A DNA stretch of 64,000 nucleotides from Bacillota bacterium (GCA_021787335.1 JAJYMC010000049.1:14053-78052); one strand, 5' to 3'; counted from the first letter of the stretch, positions 1-10,175 are shown. Made by a program: numbers and translations. The notes: generated from the letters alone by a model not told the origin.

Positions 1-860
1 GCGAAGGCCAGCAACTTCATCCGGACGACCGGGATGCCCATGGCCGCCGCGGCCGTCTCGTCCTCGCGGATGGCCTCCCAGGCCCGGCCGGTGCGCGAGT
101 GCTCGAGCCGCCGGGCGATGGTGATGATGATCAGCAGGATCAGCAAGACCAGGAAGTAGTAGTGGACGCCCTTGTCGAGCTTGTACCCGAAGATGGCCGG
201 CGCCCGCACGGGGGTTATGCCGTTCGGGCCGTTGGTGATGTTGATGGGCTTGTCGAGGTTGTTGAGGACGATGCGGATGATCTCCCCGAACCCGAGGGTG
301 ACGATGGCCAGATAGTCACCTTTGAGGCGGAGCACCGGGAGACCCAGGAGGATGCCGGCCGTGGCGGCCGCCCCCACGGCCAGGAAGAGGAACAACCAGA
401 ACCAGTCGCCACTCAGGGGGAAGTTGACCCCATGGATGAAGTTGGCCGCCTGGGCGGACCCGAAGATGCCCCAGACATAGGCCCCCGTGGCATAGAAGGC
501 CACGTAGCCAAGGTCGAGGAGGCCGGCGAAGCCGACGACGATGTTGAGCCCAAGGGCCAGCGCCATGTAGATGCCCACCTGGATGGCCACATCGAGGTAG
601 TACCGGTTGAGGAGGCCGATTCCTGGCAGGACGAAGCCCAGGGTGATGATGCCGATAGCCAGTTTGAGCCGGTTCTCGAGACGCGAGTAGTAGACCGCCA
701 GGACCGAGCCGATGAAGAGCAGGAAAGCAATGACAGAGCGGGGGACGAGGGCGACAAGGGACGTCGTCGCGGCGATGAGACCGGCGACGGCCAACGGCTT
801 GTCGTTCATCTTAGTCCACGTCCCGCCGAGCTTTCCGAGGAGAGCTTTGATGGCCGTCAC
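1..860 (-). CDS. livM: Branched-chain amino acid ABC transporter permease (LivM-like), truncated by window start; start codon uncertain (GTG 860, ATC 852 or ATG 809)
   Basis: Minus-strand translation gives GLNIVVGFAGLLDLGYVAFYATGAY, LRLKGDYLAIVTLGFGEI and GRAWEAIREDE; follows livH. Confidence 0.9.
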   Translation of the reverse strand, partial: MTAIKALLGKLGGTWTKMNDKPLAVAGLIAATTSLVALVPRSVIAFLLFIGSVLAVYYSRLENRLKLAIGIITLGFVLPGIGLLNRYYLDVAIQVGIYMALALGLNIVVGFAGLLDLGYVAFYATGAYVWGIFGSAQAANFIHGVNFPLSGDWFWLFLFLAVGAAATAGILLGLPVLRLKGDYLAIVTLGFGEIIRIVLNNLDKPINITNGPNGITPVRAPAIFGYKLDKGVHYYFLVLLILLIIITIARRLEHSRTGRAWEAIREDETAAAAMGIPVVRMKLLAF

Positions 861-863
861 CTC

Positions 864-1820
864 CTAGGCCTTTTCACTGATGGTCTCACCGAGGAGACCG
901 CTGGGTTTGACGATGAGGACGAGAATCAGGATGACGAAGGCGAAGACGTCCTTGTACTCGGCCCCAAAGGCGCCGTGGGTGAGAATCCCCAGATAGGCCG
1001 AACCGAGCGACTCGACCATGCCCAGGAGCACGCCCCCGAGCATGGCCCCCGGGATGTTGCCGATGCCGCCGAAGACGGCCGCCGTGAAGGCCTTGATCCC
1101 GAGGATGAACCCGACGTAGGGGTGGATCAGTGTGTACTGCATGGCGAACAGCACCCCGGCGGCCCCGCCCAGGGCGCCGCCGATGAGGAAGGTCATGGTG
1201 ATCATGAAGTTGACGTTGACCCCCATGATGCTCGCCGTGGCCTGGTCCTGGGCCACGGCCCGGAGGGCCCGCCCCAGCTTGGTGCGGTTGACGAAGGTCG
1301 TCAGCCCGAACATGATGACGAGGCACACCCCGACCAGGATGAGCGTCCTGATCTGGATGTCGACGTTGGAGAAACGCAGCGTCTGCCGGTAGAGGACGGG
1401 GGTGGTCAGGTAGAAGGCGTTGCGCCACAGACCTTCGAAGAGCCGGACGGCATCCTGGAGGAAGAAGGACACGCCAATGGCCGAGATCAGGGGGACAAGC
1501 CTGGGCGCGCCTCGCAGGGGCCGGTAGGCCACCCGCTCCATGCCCGCGGCCAGAAGGCCGGCCACGATCATCCCGAAGAGCAGGGCAATGACCAGGGAGA
1601 CGAACGGAGGCAGGGCGGCCAGGGCCCCGGTCGACTGCAGGATGAGCAGGGCCTCGGTCCCGGCGAAGGCGCCGACCATGAAGATCTCACTATGGGCGAA
1701 GTTGATGAACTCCAGGACACCATAGACCATCGTGTAGCCCAGGGCGACCAGGGCGTAGACGAAGCCGAGGGTCAACCCATCGATGATGACCTGGGGCAGC
1801 ATGGCCAGGGATTCCGACAT
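864..1820 (-). CDS. livH: Branched-chain amino acid ABC transporter permease LivH
   Basis: YALVALGYTMVYGVLEFINFAH and KAFTAAVFGGIGNIPGA signatures; hydrophobic. Confidence 0.93.
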   Translation of the reverse strand: MSESLAMLPQVIIDGLTLGFVYALVALGYTMVYGVLEFINFAHSEIFMVGAFAGTEALLILQSTGALAALPPFVSLVIALLFGMIVAGLLAAGMERVAYRPLRGAPRLVPLISAIGVSFFLQDAVRLFEGLWRNAFYLTTPVLYRQTLRFSNVDIQIRTLILVGVCLVIMFGLTTFVNRTKLGRALRAVAQDQATASIMGVNVNFMITMTFLIGGALGGAAGVLFAMQYTLIHPYVGFILGIKAFTAAVFGGIGNIPGAMLGGVLLGMVESLGSAYLGILTHGAFGAEYKDVFAFVILILVLIVKPSGLLGETISEKA

Positions 1821-1886
1821 TGATCGTTCGTCCTTTCCGGGGGACGCGGCGAGGGGGACGGGCCCCCTCGCCGCCCGCCGCCTCGT

Positions 1887-3053
1887 TTATGGCTTCCCGG
1901 ACAGTTCCGCTGCCAGAGTGCCAGGATACTTGGCTTCTTTGATCTCGAAGATGTAGATCTTGGCGTTGATGTTGTCGCCCTTACTATCGAAGGCGACCGG
2001 ACCGAGGATACCCGTGTACTTGACCTTGCGGGTCTCGGTCGAAACCTGAGCCCGGGTCGGCTTCTTGCCGTTGTTGGCCTTGATCGCCGCTTCGAGGGCC
2101 AGAAGACCGATGTTGGCCGAATCATAGGCCTGCGCCGAGTAGGCGCCGACCTCCTTGCCGAACTTGGCCTTGTAGTTGGCGGCGAAGTTCCTCCCGACCT
2201 CGCTCTTGGTGACGTCCCCGGCGGCGGTCGAGTAGACCACGCCGACGGCGTCCTTGCCGGCGATATCGATGAGGCCCTTGTCGTCGAGGCCGTCAGCGCC
2301 CATGAAGTAGGCGCCGATCTTCTTCTCCCGGGCCTGTTTGAGAATCTGGCCCGCCTCGGGGAACATGCCGCCGAAGTAGATGAGGTCGGGCTTCTTCACC
2401 TTGACCTGATTCAGGACCGCGCTGAAGTCGACCTCGCCCTGGGTGATGCCCTCGAAGCCGAGGACCTTGACCCCAAGGGCTTCGGCCTTCTTGCGGAACT
2501 CGTCGGCCACACCCTGGCCGTAAGTGGTCTTGTCGTGGATGACGAAGACCGACTTCACCTTCAGGGTCTCAACCGCGTACCGGGCGCCCCAGGGGCCCTG
2601 GAAGTCGTCGCGGCCGCAGACGCGGTTGACGTTGGGCAGGTTGCGGTCGGTCACCTTGGGGTTGGTGTTGGCCGGGGAGATCATGGTCAGGTTGTCCTTG
2701 GCGTAGACCTCCGACGAGGGAATGGCCACGCTGGAGTTCAGGTGGCCGATGACGAGCAGGATGTCCTTGTCGGCGATCAGCTTCTCGGCCACGGACACGC
2801 CGACCTTCGGGTCGGCCTGGTCGTCCTGGGGCGTGAACTGCAGGTCGTAGCCGAGTTTCTTGAACTTATCCTTGTTTTCGTCGATGGCCATCTGGACCCC
2901 GAGCTTCATCGCTTCACCCATCGATGACTGCGCCCCGGAGAGCGGACTGACGCTGGCAATCTTGATCACCTTGGGCTTGCCGCAGCCGGCCACGGCCGTG
3001 GACACTAACAGGAGACTGACAACCAGGAGAACGAGCCATCTGTATTTACGCAT
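1887..3053 (-). CDS. Branched-chain amino acid ABC transporter substrate-binding lipoprotein (LivJ/LivK family)
   Basis: Lipobox AVAG-C; PLSG, DDQADP, GHLNSS, RVCGRDDFQG motifs; upstream of livH/livM. Confidence 0.9.
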   Translation of the reverse strand: MRKYRWLVLLVVSLLLVSTAVAGCGKPKVIKIASVSPLSGAQSSMGEAMKLGVQMAIDENKDKFKKLGYDLQFTPQDDQADPKVGVSVAEKLIADKDILLVIGHLNSSVAIPSSEVYAKDNLTMISPANTNPKVTDRNLPNVNRVCGRDDFQGPWGARYAVETLKVKSVFVIHDKTTYGQGVADEFRKKAEALGVKVLGFEGITQGEVDFSAVLNQVKVKKPDLIYFGGMFPEAGQILKQAREKKIGAYFMGADGLDDKGLIDIAGKDAVGVVYSTAAGDVTKSEVGRNFAANYKAKFGKEVGAYSAQAYDSANIGLLALEAAIKANNGKKPTRAQVSTETRKVKYTGILGPVAFDSKGDNINAKIYIFEIKEAKYPGTLAAELSGKP

Positions 3054-3376
3054 AACCGCAACTCGCACCTCCCTCTGTTCATTCACCGTTCACGTTGGGC
3101 TAGAAAGCAGACCGATGGGACGAAGCTGTTTTCCGGTGAGACCCCCTCTCTTAAGCAAGCTAAGGAACCCAAAACTGACTCATCTGACTTGTCTATATTC
3201 AGCCAATAGAGGCAATCTCCTGCCATAACGCCCAATATCCCCCCGGGTAAGAGGTGGCGACACTCCCTTCAGGCGACCAGGAAGATGATGGGAGGAGAAC
3301 GCCGCCCTGGTGTAGTAAGTCTCATCGGGATCCCAGCCGACAGGGACGCCCGCCGACCCAAAGGGGGATGTCTGAC

Positions 3377-4585
3377 ATGAAGCGTATGACCGTCTCCGGC
3401 TGGCTGTTCGGGGCCGCCCTGGCGCTCTCAGTCGTGCTGGCATTGGCCCTCGCGCCGGCCGACAATCGCCTGGCCCTGGCGGCCACGGTGGCCGTGGCCC
3501 TGTTGCTGCTGGTGCCCGTCATCGGCCTGGTCCTCTGGACGCAGGGGCGCAACCCGCAGAAGGGTGACCGGGTGGTGGATCGGCCGGCGCTTCCCAAAGA
3601 CGCGGAGACAGATGCCGCCAGGCCCCGGACCAGCGCCATGCCCCGGCAGGCTCGGCAGGCGACCGACCGTCTCCCGCGGGACCTGACCCGCCAAGAGGCC
3701 GCGTTTTACGGAACGTTGACACCGTACAAATTGCCGACCGGCACCGCCGGGTACCAGACGACCAGGGCGAAGCCGCCCCGCCCGAGGCCGCCCGGCAGCC
3801 CCGCGGAGGGCCGGTTCCTGAGTTTCTTCAAAGAGATGACCCTGGCCAGGCGGCTCATCCTCCTCGTGGCCGTCGACCTCATCATCGTCGGGGTCGTGCT
3901 CCTTCTGACCCTGCCGACGCTCGGACCGGGTCTGGTCATGCTTCTCGCGGCAGTCGTGTCCGCCGTCGTCGTCCTCATCGGCAACGACCGGGCCCGTCAC
4001 ACCGCCGCCCTAAAGACGCTGGCCCGGGACATGGGGCTGGCCTTCATCGCCCGATCCCGCGACGAAGCCGGAGTCGAGGCGGTCCGCGACCTCGGCGCGA
4101 TGTACTCGCCCGACCTGCTGCCCGCTAAGGTGGGTGGGCGCTACCCGTTTGTCGCCGGCCGGGCGCACGGTCAGCTGGTCACGGTCAGGCAGGCTTACTC
4201 CGCCGGGCTGCCCCCGGGCACGATGGAGGCGACCCGGGTCTCCGTCCATCTCCGCTCCGACCTCAAGGGGCTGACCATCTACGATGCCGACGACGCTCCG
4301 TCGGGCTTCCGCTACACGCCCACCGGCGACGACGCCTTCGACCGGCGGTTCAAGGTCCGAGCCCTGGACCCGGCGGCCTTGCCGGCCATCCTTGATCCCA
4401 ACGCCCGGGCGAGGCTCCTCCGGTTCGACCGCGCCGGTCTGACCGGGCTCGAGATCGGACGCTACGGTGTCTACTTCTACGAACGGGGCCTCGTGACTGA
4501 CCCCGCCGCGCTGGCCGGGACCATCGAGTTGCTGTCGTTGCTGGCCGCAAACATCTCCCAGAGCTCAGACCGGAAAGAGGGATGA
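3377..4585 (+). CDS. Hypothetical membrane protein (two TM pairs plus C-terminal soluble domain)
   Basis: Long ORF with GC-rich third positions, AAGGGGG RBS before ATG 3377, hydrophobic segments. Confidence 0.65.
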   Translation: MKRMTVSGWLFGAALALSVVLALALAPADNRLALAATVAVALLLLVPVIGLVLWTQGRNPQKGDRVVDRPALPKDAETDAARPRTSAMPRQARQATDRLPRDLTRQEAAFYGTLTPYKLPTGTAGYQTTRAKPPRPRPPGSPAEGRFLSFFKEMTLARRLILLVAVDLIIVGVVLLLTLPTLGPGLVMLLAAVVSAVVVLIGNDRARHTAALKTLARDMGLAFIARSRDEAGVEAVRDLGAMYSPDLLPAKVGGRYPFVAGRAHGQLVTVRQAYSAGLPPGTMEATRVSVHLRSDLKGLTIYDADDAPSGFRYTPTGDDAFDRRFKVRALDPAALPAILDPNARARLLRFDRAGLTGLEIGRYGVYFYERGLVTDPAALAGTIELLSLLAANISQSSDRKEG

Positions 4586-4589
4586 CTTA

Positions 4590-5594
4590 GTGCCCAAGCC
4601 AACCGTCGTGCTCTTCGCCACCGGCGGGACCATCGCCATGAACACGCCCAGCGGCCCCAGCGCCGGCGGGGGTGGCGGCGGAGCCATGCCGGCCCTGACC
4701 GGGGCCGACCTCGTGAAGGCGGTCCCGGCCCTCAAGCGGGTCGCCGACGTGGAGTACGAGCAGGTCTGCAACGTGCCCGGCCCGTCAATCAGGTTCGAGA
4801 ACCTGCTGGATCTGCTCGGCCGCATCCGCGAACGCTTCGCCGACGCCAACGTCAGCGGCGGGGTGGTCACCCACGGCACCGATACCATCGAGGAGACGGC
4901 CTACTTCCTCGACCTCGTCCTCGGCCGGGGCAAGCCGGTGGTCGTCACCGGGGCCATGCGCCACGCGGGTCTGCTGAGTTCCGACGGCCCGGCCAACCTC
5001 TATCAGTCGGTGAAGGTGGCTGCCTCGCCGGAGGCCGTCGACCGCGGCGCCCTCGTCGTCCTCAACGGCACCATCCACGCGGCGGCCGAGGTCACGAAGC
5101 TGAACACCCAGAGCGTCGAGACCTTTCACTCGCCCGACTTCGGGCCTATCGGGGGCGTCTTCGAGGAGAGGGTGGTCTTCGTCCGGAGCCCGCGCCGGCG
5201 GCGGGCCCTGCCCGTGACGGCCATCACCCACAAGGTGGCCATGGTCAAGATGGCCGTCGACCCGGACCCCGAGTTCCTCGAGGCCATCATCGGCGCGCGC
5301 CCCGACGGCCTCGTCCTCGAGGCGGTCGGCGGCGGACACGTTCCGCAGACGGCCCTGCCCTTCATCGACCAGGCCATGCGGCAGGGGACGAGGGTGGTCA
5401 TGTGCACCCGCGTCCCGGTGGGGCCGCTCCTCACCGAGACCTACGGCTTCGCCGGCAGCGAGACGGACATGCGCAAGCGCGGCATCCCCTTCAGCCATCA
5501 CAACGCCCAGAAGACGCGGATCAAGCTGCTTGTGGCCCTGGAGCAAAAAGACCCGACGGCCATCGAGGAGGTCCTCGCCGACCCGGATTGGTGA
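4590..5594 (+). CDS. L-asparaginase (type I/II family)
   Basis: ATGGTIA, HGTDTIEET, VVTGAMR and DGPANL catalytic motifs. Confidence 0.92.
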   Translation: MPKPTVVLFATGGTIAMNTPSGPSAGGGGGGAMPALTGADLVKAVPALKRVADVEYEQVCNVPGPSIRFENLLDLLGRIRERFADANVSGGVVTHGTDTIEETAYFLDLVLGRGKPVVVTGAMRHAGLLSSDGPANLYQSVKVAASPEAVDRGALVVLNGTIHAAAEVTKLNTQSVETFHSPDFGPIGGVFEERVVFVRSPRRRRALPVTAITHKVAMVKMAVDPDPEFLEAIIGARPDGLVLEAVGGGHVPQTALPFIDQAMRQGTRVVMCTRVPVGPLLTETYGFAGSETDMRKRGIPFSHHNAQKTRIKLLVALEQKDPTAIEEVLADPDW

Positions 5595-5616
5595 ATCGCC
5601 GCAGATTGGTGAGTAG

Positions 5617-5673
5617 CGCGGTGAAGTCACACGCGGTGAATCACCGCGGTGAAGTCGACACGCGGTGAAGTCG
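5617..5673 (+). repeat. Four imperfectly spaced copies of CGCGGTGAA(G)TC directly upstream of a -35 box
   Basis: Cores at 5617, 5632, 5645, 5661. Confidence 0.85.
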
Positions 5674-5677
5674 CCGC

Positions 5678-5707
5678 TTGACGGGCGTCCGGCCATCGTG
5701 GTAAGAT
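5678..5707 (+). promoter_or_regulatory. SigA-type promoter for the ABC exporter leader
   Basis: TTGACG-18 nt-TAAGAT with extended TG. Confidence 0.65.
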
Positions 5708-5768
5708 TTAGGCGTTGTGGCGGCCCCCGTGGGGGCAAGCCGAAAAATCGGAGAGGGAGGTGACGCAC

Positions 5769-5894
5769 GTGATCCGCAGCTTCGTACGTCTTCGCAGCAC
5801 CAAGGCAGCGCTTCTGGCAATCGGACGGGACAGCCATGCCCGTTTGACAGGATCACGTGAACCCGGGTCACTTCTGCCTCCGGTCAGTTTCTGA
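5769..5894 (+). CDS. Putative 41-aa leader peptide MIRSFVRLRSTKAALLAIGRDSHARLTGSREPGSLLPPVSF
   Basis: Strong RBS GGGAGGTGA, GTG start, TGA stop, lies between promoter and terminator upstream of ABC operon. Confidence 0.6.
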   Translation: MIRSFVRLRSTKAALLAIGRDSHARLTGSREPGSLLPPVSF

Positions 5895-5925
5895 CCGGCA
5901 GTCCACAACGGACTATACAGGCATG

Positions 5926-5962
5926 GACCCCGCGGGTCGCGCGACCCGTGGGGTTTTTGTTT
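5926..5962 (+). terminator. Intrinsic terminator (attenuator) upstream of ABC ATPase gene
   Basis: GACCCCGCGGGTC-GCGC-GACCCGTGGGGTT stem followed by TTTGTTT. Confidence 0.8.
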
Positions 5963-5991
5963 GGGACCGGTGAAAGGGGAGGAACAAGCAG

Positions 5992-7092
5992 ATGTCAACG
6001 ACCGACACGACCGTCTGGGCCATCCGCACCGAGGCCCTTCGGCGAACCTTCCGTGACAAGAGTCAGGTCAAGAAGAAGAAGGGCGCCAAGAACGGGGACG
6101 GCGCCAACGGCGCGAACGCCGGCAACGGTGCCGCCGAGAAGGCCAAACCCCAGGACTTCGTGGCCCTTGACGGGGTCAGCCTCGAGGTGGGCGAGGGCGA
6201 ACTCTTCGGCCTCCTCGGCCCGAACGGGGCGGGGAAGACCACCCTCATCAAGATCCTCGCGACCCTGATGTACCCGACCTCCGGTCGGGCCTGGGTCTGT
6301 GGCTATGACGTGCAAGAGCGGCCCGGCCAGGTCAAGAAGCTCATCAACATGGTCTCCGGCGGTGAGCATTCCGGGTATGGCTCGTTGACCGTCCGCGAGA
6401 CCCTGTGGATGTTCTCGCAATTCTATGGGCTCGACTCGCGGGAGGCCCTCCGCCGCATCGACGAGCTGATGGAGATCATCGGCTTCAAGGATCAGGCCAA
6501 CACGAAAATCAGCAAGCTGTCCACGGGTATGCGGCAGAAGATGAACTTCATCCGCGGCTTCGTCAGCGACCCGCGGGTCCTCTTCCTCGACGAGCCGACC
6601 CTCGGCCTGGATGTCGGCGTCTCGCGGACCATCCGCGCCTTCGTCCGCGATTGGGTCAAGGCCCGGCCGGACCGCACCGTGCTCCTGACTACGCACTACA
6701 TGGCCGAAGCCGACGAGATGTGTGACCGAGTCGCCATCATCGACAGCGGTCGGGTCCTGGCCTGTGACTCGCCTGCCAATCTGAAGCGTTCCCTGGGTCG
6801 CGACAGCGCCATCGAACTCGAGCTGGCCGGCGGCCAGGTCAGCGAGGGCGGCCTCACCGCCATCCGCGGCGTGCGCCGGGCATCCGTGACCACCGAGCCC
6901 GCCTCGGGCAAGTCCGAAGCCACTTTGATCATCGAAGAAGATGGGGCCGTCCAACCGCTCCTCGGCTACGTCGCCGACTGCGGCGCCCAGGTCCTGGCCT
7001 TCCGCAAGAAGGAAGTGACCCTCGAGGACGTCTTCCTATCCATCGTCGGGAGGAAACTCGATGAGAACGGAAACGCGAATGGAAACCACTGA
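5992..7092 (+). CDS. ABC-2 type exporter ATP-binding protein (DrrA-like)
   Basis: GPNGAGKT Walker A, LSTGM signature, LFLDEPT Walker B, LTTHYM. Confidence 0.92.
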   Translation: MSTTDTTVWAIRTEALRRTFRDKSQVKKKKGAKNGDGANGANAGNGAAEKAKPQDFVALDGVSLEVGEGELFGLLGPNGAGKTTLIKILATLMYPTSGRAWVCGYDVQERPGQVKKLINMVSGGEHSGYGSLTVRETLWMFSQFYGLDSREALRRIDELMEIIGFKDQANTKISKLSTGMRQKMNFIRGFVSDPRVLFLDEPTLGLDVGVSRTIRAFVRDWVKARPDRTVLLTTHYMAEADEMCDRVAIIDSGRVLACDSPANLKRSLGRDSAIELELAGGQVSEGGLTAIRGVRRASVTTEPASGKSEATLIIEEDGAVQPLLGYVADCGAQVLAFRKKEVTLEDVFLSIVGRKLDENGNANGNH

Positions 7093-7912
7093 TACAGTCG
7101 CCCAGGCCCTCCGCAACAACCTGCGGGCCTCGTGGGGCCGGGCCTATGTCCGGGTCATCGGCGTCAACCGTGAGCTGTCCTGGCTCTTCCTCGATATCGT
7201 CATGCCCCTCTTCAGCATCGCCGCCTACGTCCTCCTGTACCGGTCGATGAACGCGCCGCGGGAATACGACGGTTTCGTCATCCTCGGCGCCCTGATGACC
7301 GCATACTGGCTGAACGTCCTATGGGCGATGGCCGCCCAGTTCTACTGGGAACGCGAGATGGGCCACCTCGAACTGTACATGATGGCGCCCATCTCCCCGA
7401 TGGCCATCCTCTTCGGGATGTCCTTCGGCGGCATCTTCCAGACGACCGTCCGGGCCGCGGCCACGGTGACCATGGGCGCGCTCATCTTCGGCGTCCACTT
7501 CAGCATCGCCAACCCGCTGGCCGTCCTGGGCATCTTCTTCCTGACCCTGGTCGCCCTCTACGGCCTCGGCATGACCGCCGCCTCCCTGTACCTCGTCTAT
7601 GGGCGCGACGCCCAGAACCTCTCAAACCTGCTCCAGGAGCCGGTCTTCCTGCTCTCCGGGGTCAACTTCCCGGTCAAAGCCCTCGGCTTCTGGACGGCTG
7701 CGACGGCCTGCTTCATCCCGATGACTCTGGGGATGGACGCCCTGCGGCAGCTCGTTTTCGATGACAAGACCACCGGCTTCATGCCGGTCGGCTGGGAGGT
7801 CCTCGGGCTGGTCGTCACCGGGGCGGTGACCCTGATCGGCGCCTACAAGGCCCTCAAGTACCTTGAAGACCTGGCCAAGCGCCAGGGGAGGCTGACTCTC
7901 AAATGGCAATGA
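7061..7912 (+). CDS. ABC-2 type exporter permease
   Basis: Hydrophobic; WEREMGHLE and LLSGVNFP motifs; follows ATPase (start may be 7079). Confidence 0.85.
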   Translation: MRTETRMETTDTVAQALRNNLRASWGRAYVRVIGVNRELSWLFLDIVMPLFSIAAYVLLYRSMNAPREYDGFVILGALMTAYWLNVLWAMAAQFYWEREMGHLELYMMAPISPMAILFGMSFGGIFQTTVRAAATVTMGALIFGVHFSIANPLAVLGIFFLTLVALYGLGMTAASLYLVYGRDAQNLSNLLQEPVFLLSGVNFPVKALGFWTAATACFIPMTLGMDALRQLVFDDKTTGFMPVGWEVLGLVVTGAVTLIGAYKALKYLEDLAKRQGRLTLKWQ

Positions 7913-8805
7913 GCGAGACCACCATCGACAAGAAGAAAGAAGGGTTCGGGCCGCTCGCGCCCCTGCGGGAGGCCTGGCGGTCCTTCGCCCCGGCCACCTG
8001 GCTCGGCTGGCAGATCGAGTCCAATTGGACCGACCCTTTCACCTTCGCCGTCTTCAACCTCGTCCGGCCGCTTTCGGGGGCCCTCATCCTGGTCGTCATG
8101 TACCTCGTGGCCACCCGGATGAACACCCGGACCGACCTCTTCGCCCAGGTCTACACGGGCAACGCCATGTTCACCTACCTCGGAGGCGTCCTCTTCGGCA
8201 TGTCCTGGGTCATCCACGAGGACCGCGAGCACTACCAGATGATACGGTACGTCTACATCGGCACGTCGCACCTGTACTGGTACCTGCTCGGCCGGGCGGT
8301 CGCCAAGTTCCTGGTGACGACCCTGTCGGTCGTCGTCCTCCTGACCGCGGGCAAGCTGTTCCTCGGCCTGCGCCTGTACTGGTCGGTCATCGACTGGCCG
8401 TATTTCCTGACCGCCTTCAGCCTCGGCCTCATCGGCGCCACCGGGCTCGGCCTGGCCCTGTCCGGGTGGATGATGCTGATGGCCCGGCAGGCCGCGACGG
8501 TCTCCGAAGTCGCGGCCGGGGTGTTCTACCTCGCCTGCGGATTCCTCTTCCCGATCGACGTCCTGCCGACCTGGGCTCAGGCCGTCGCCAGGTGGATCCC
8601 GTTCACCTGGTGGAACGAGGGCATGAGGCGGGGCCTCTTCGGGCACGGCAACAGCCAGGTCCTGGTGAGCCTGTCCAACGGGACCATCCTCAACTGGCTC
8701 GCCATCAGCACGGCCGTCTTCGGGGCCCTGTCCCTGGCCGCCTTTTTCGGCGCCGAGCGCCTGGCCAAGCGGCGCGGGCTCCTGGACCAGATCACCGATT
8801 TCTGA
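7903..8805 (+). CDS. ABC-2 type exporter permease
   Basis: Hydrophobic; LACGFLFPIDVLP..Q...WIPFTW ABC-2 motif. Confidence 0.85.
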   Translation: MAMSETTIDKKKEGFGPLAPLREAWRSFAPATWLGWQIESNWTDPFTFAVFNLVRPLSGALILVVMYLVATRMNTRTDLFAQVYTGNAMFTYLGGVLFGMSWVIHEDREHYQMIRYVYIGTSHLYWYLLGRAVAKFLVTTLSVVVLLTAGKLFLGLRLYWSVIDWPYFLTAFSLGLIGATGLGLALSGWMMLMARQAATVSEVAAGVFYLACGFLFPIDVLPTWAQAVARWIPFTWWNEGMRRGLFGHGNSQVLVSLSNGTILNWLAISTAVFGALSLAAFFGAERLAKRRGLLDQITDF

Positions 8806-8874
8806 AGCACCAGCGCATCGACGACGAAGCACCAGCGCATCGACGACGAAGCACCAGCGCATCGACGACGAAGC
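8804..8874 (+). repeat. 22-bp tandem repeat GAAGCACCAGCGCATCGACGAC x3 (+GAAGC)
   Basis: Exact head-to-tail copies at 8804, 8826, 8848. Confidence 0.95.
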
Positions 8875-8897
8875 CGCCCACGGTGGGCGGCTTTGTT
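8871..8897 (+). terminator. Intrinsic terminator after ABC operon
   Basis: AAGCCGCCCA-CGG-TGGGCGGCTT then TGTT. Confidence 0.7.
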
Positions 8898-9070
8898 CAT
8901 TTCCCCAGGAAATACCACGGCGCGGCGTCACCACGCGGACGGCCGACTCGCTCGCCGCCACCCTTGCTTTTCCAGCGCGACGGGGCCCCAAGAGCCCGCC
9001 CGCGCCGCCGACCGCAGCTATTGGGCCGTCTTAGCGGCCCGCAAAATGGAAGACCGGACCATCCCGCAAC

Positions 9071-9100
9071 CGTATACGGCCAGTTGGCGGCACATATAAT
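9071..9100 (+). promoter_or_regulatory. Putative mother-cell sigma (SigE-like) promoter of ytxC
   Basis: CGTATA ... CATATAAT resembles SigE consensus, upstream of a sporulation gene. Confidence 0.45.
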
Positions 9101-9127
9101 AGAACAGCGGAAGGGAGCGCGATCGAC

Positions 9128-10048
9128 ATGGAAGTCCTTGCCATCGGGACCATCGAAGATGTCCAGCCGATTCGGGACCGGCTTTCCTCGGAGTTTCGCT
9201 TCCTCGAGGAAGAGGGCCTGAGCGTGTCGGTCAGCGAGAACGACCGAGGGAACCTGCACTTCCTCGATTGCCGTCTCGGCGAGCACCGCAAGCTCAACCG
9301 CCGGGATGCCCTGACCTCCTTCCAGCACTATGTGGCCAACGCCCTCTCGGACGTGATCATCAACGAGTGGGAGCGGAACCTCATCCGCAAGCTCATCCGC
9401 ACCGGCTACTACTATTTCACCGAGGAAGAACAGGACTCGATCTACGACTATGCCCGGCGTGGCCTGACCGGCGAGGCCGGCGGCAAGGACGCCGAGGTCC
9501 TCTACAAGATCAACCGCAAGGGGCGCATTCTCGAGAAACTCCTCGAGTACCTGAAGGGCAACTCGGAACTGGTGGTCGAGGGCTTCGTGACCTTCCGGCT
9601 GCGCGAGTATGTGGCCGAGCTCGAGGAGGCGGTCGACCAGGCGGTCGACGACTTCCTCCTGGAGCGGGAGTATGACGAGTTCATCCGGCTGCTCAAGTAC
9701 TTCGTCGACGCCCAGGAGCCCAAGCTCGACCTGGTCCACGTCTTCCTCAACCAGGATGGTACGTTCAAGCTGGCCGATTCGCAGCAGAACGTGATCAACA
9801 ACGAATACCTCGAGGAGTTCGTGGCCGAGATGGTCGAGAGCGAGGTCAACTACGAGGACCTGCTGGTCAGCGCGCTGATAACGATCGCCCCGAAGACCCT
9901 GACCGTGCACACCCGAAAGACCGGCGACACCGATGAGACCCTGGAGACCATCCGCAACGTCTTCGGCGACCGGGTCAAGTTCTGCTACGGTTGTCTCCTC
10001 TGCGAGGAGCGCGGGCTGTTGAAGCCGGTCCAGGCCAAGGGGAAATAA
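9128..10048 (+). CDS. ytxC: Putative sporulation protein YtxC
   Basis: EGFVTFRLREY, LLEREYDEFIRLLKYFV, EDLLVSALITIAP and C-terminal C..C..C; near thrS. Confidence 0.9.
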   Translation: MEVLAIGTIEDVQPIRDRLSSEFRFLEEEGLSVSVSENDRGNLHFLDCRLGEHRKLNRRDALTSFQHYVANALSDVIINEWERNLIRKLIRTGYYYFTEEEQDSIYDYARRGLTGEAGGKDAEVLYKINRKGRILEKLLEYLKGNSELVVEGFVTFRLREYVAELEEAVDQAVDDFLLEREYDEFIRLLKYFVDAQEPKLDLVHVFLNQDGTFKLADSQQNVINNEYLEEFVAEMVESEVNYEDLLVSALITIAPKTLTVHTRKTGDTDETLETIRNVFGDRVKFCYGCLLCEERGLLKPVQAKGK

Positions 10049-10175
10049 TCGACCGGACCCACCGCCGCCGGGCGACCGGCGGCGTTTCTGTTCGCCGACG
10101 CCGACCCGGTGATGCCAGGCGTGGCAGCGGTCGGTGTTTGTGGGAATGCTATAGGCACCCACCACGCTCGGAAAG

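Noticed and set aside
8804..8874. 22-bp repeats (also 19855-19930, 57683-57725) as a CRISPR array
   Set aside because: Head-to-tail with no spacers; no cas genes in the window.
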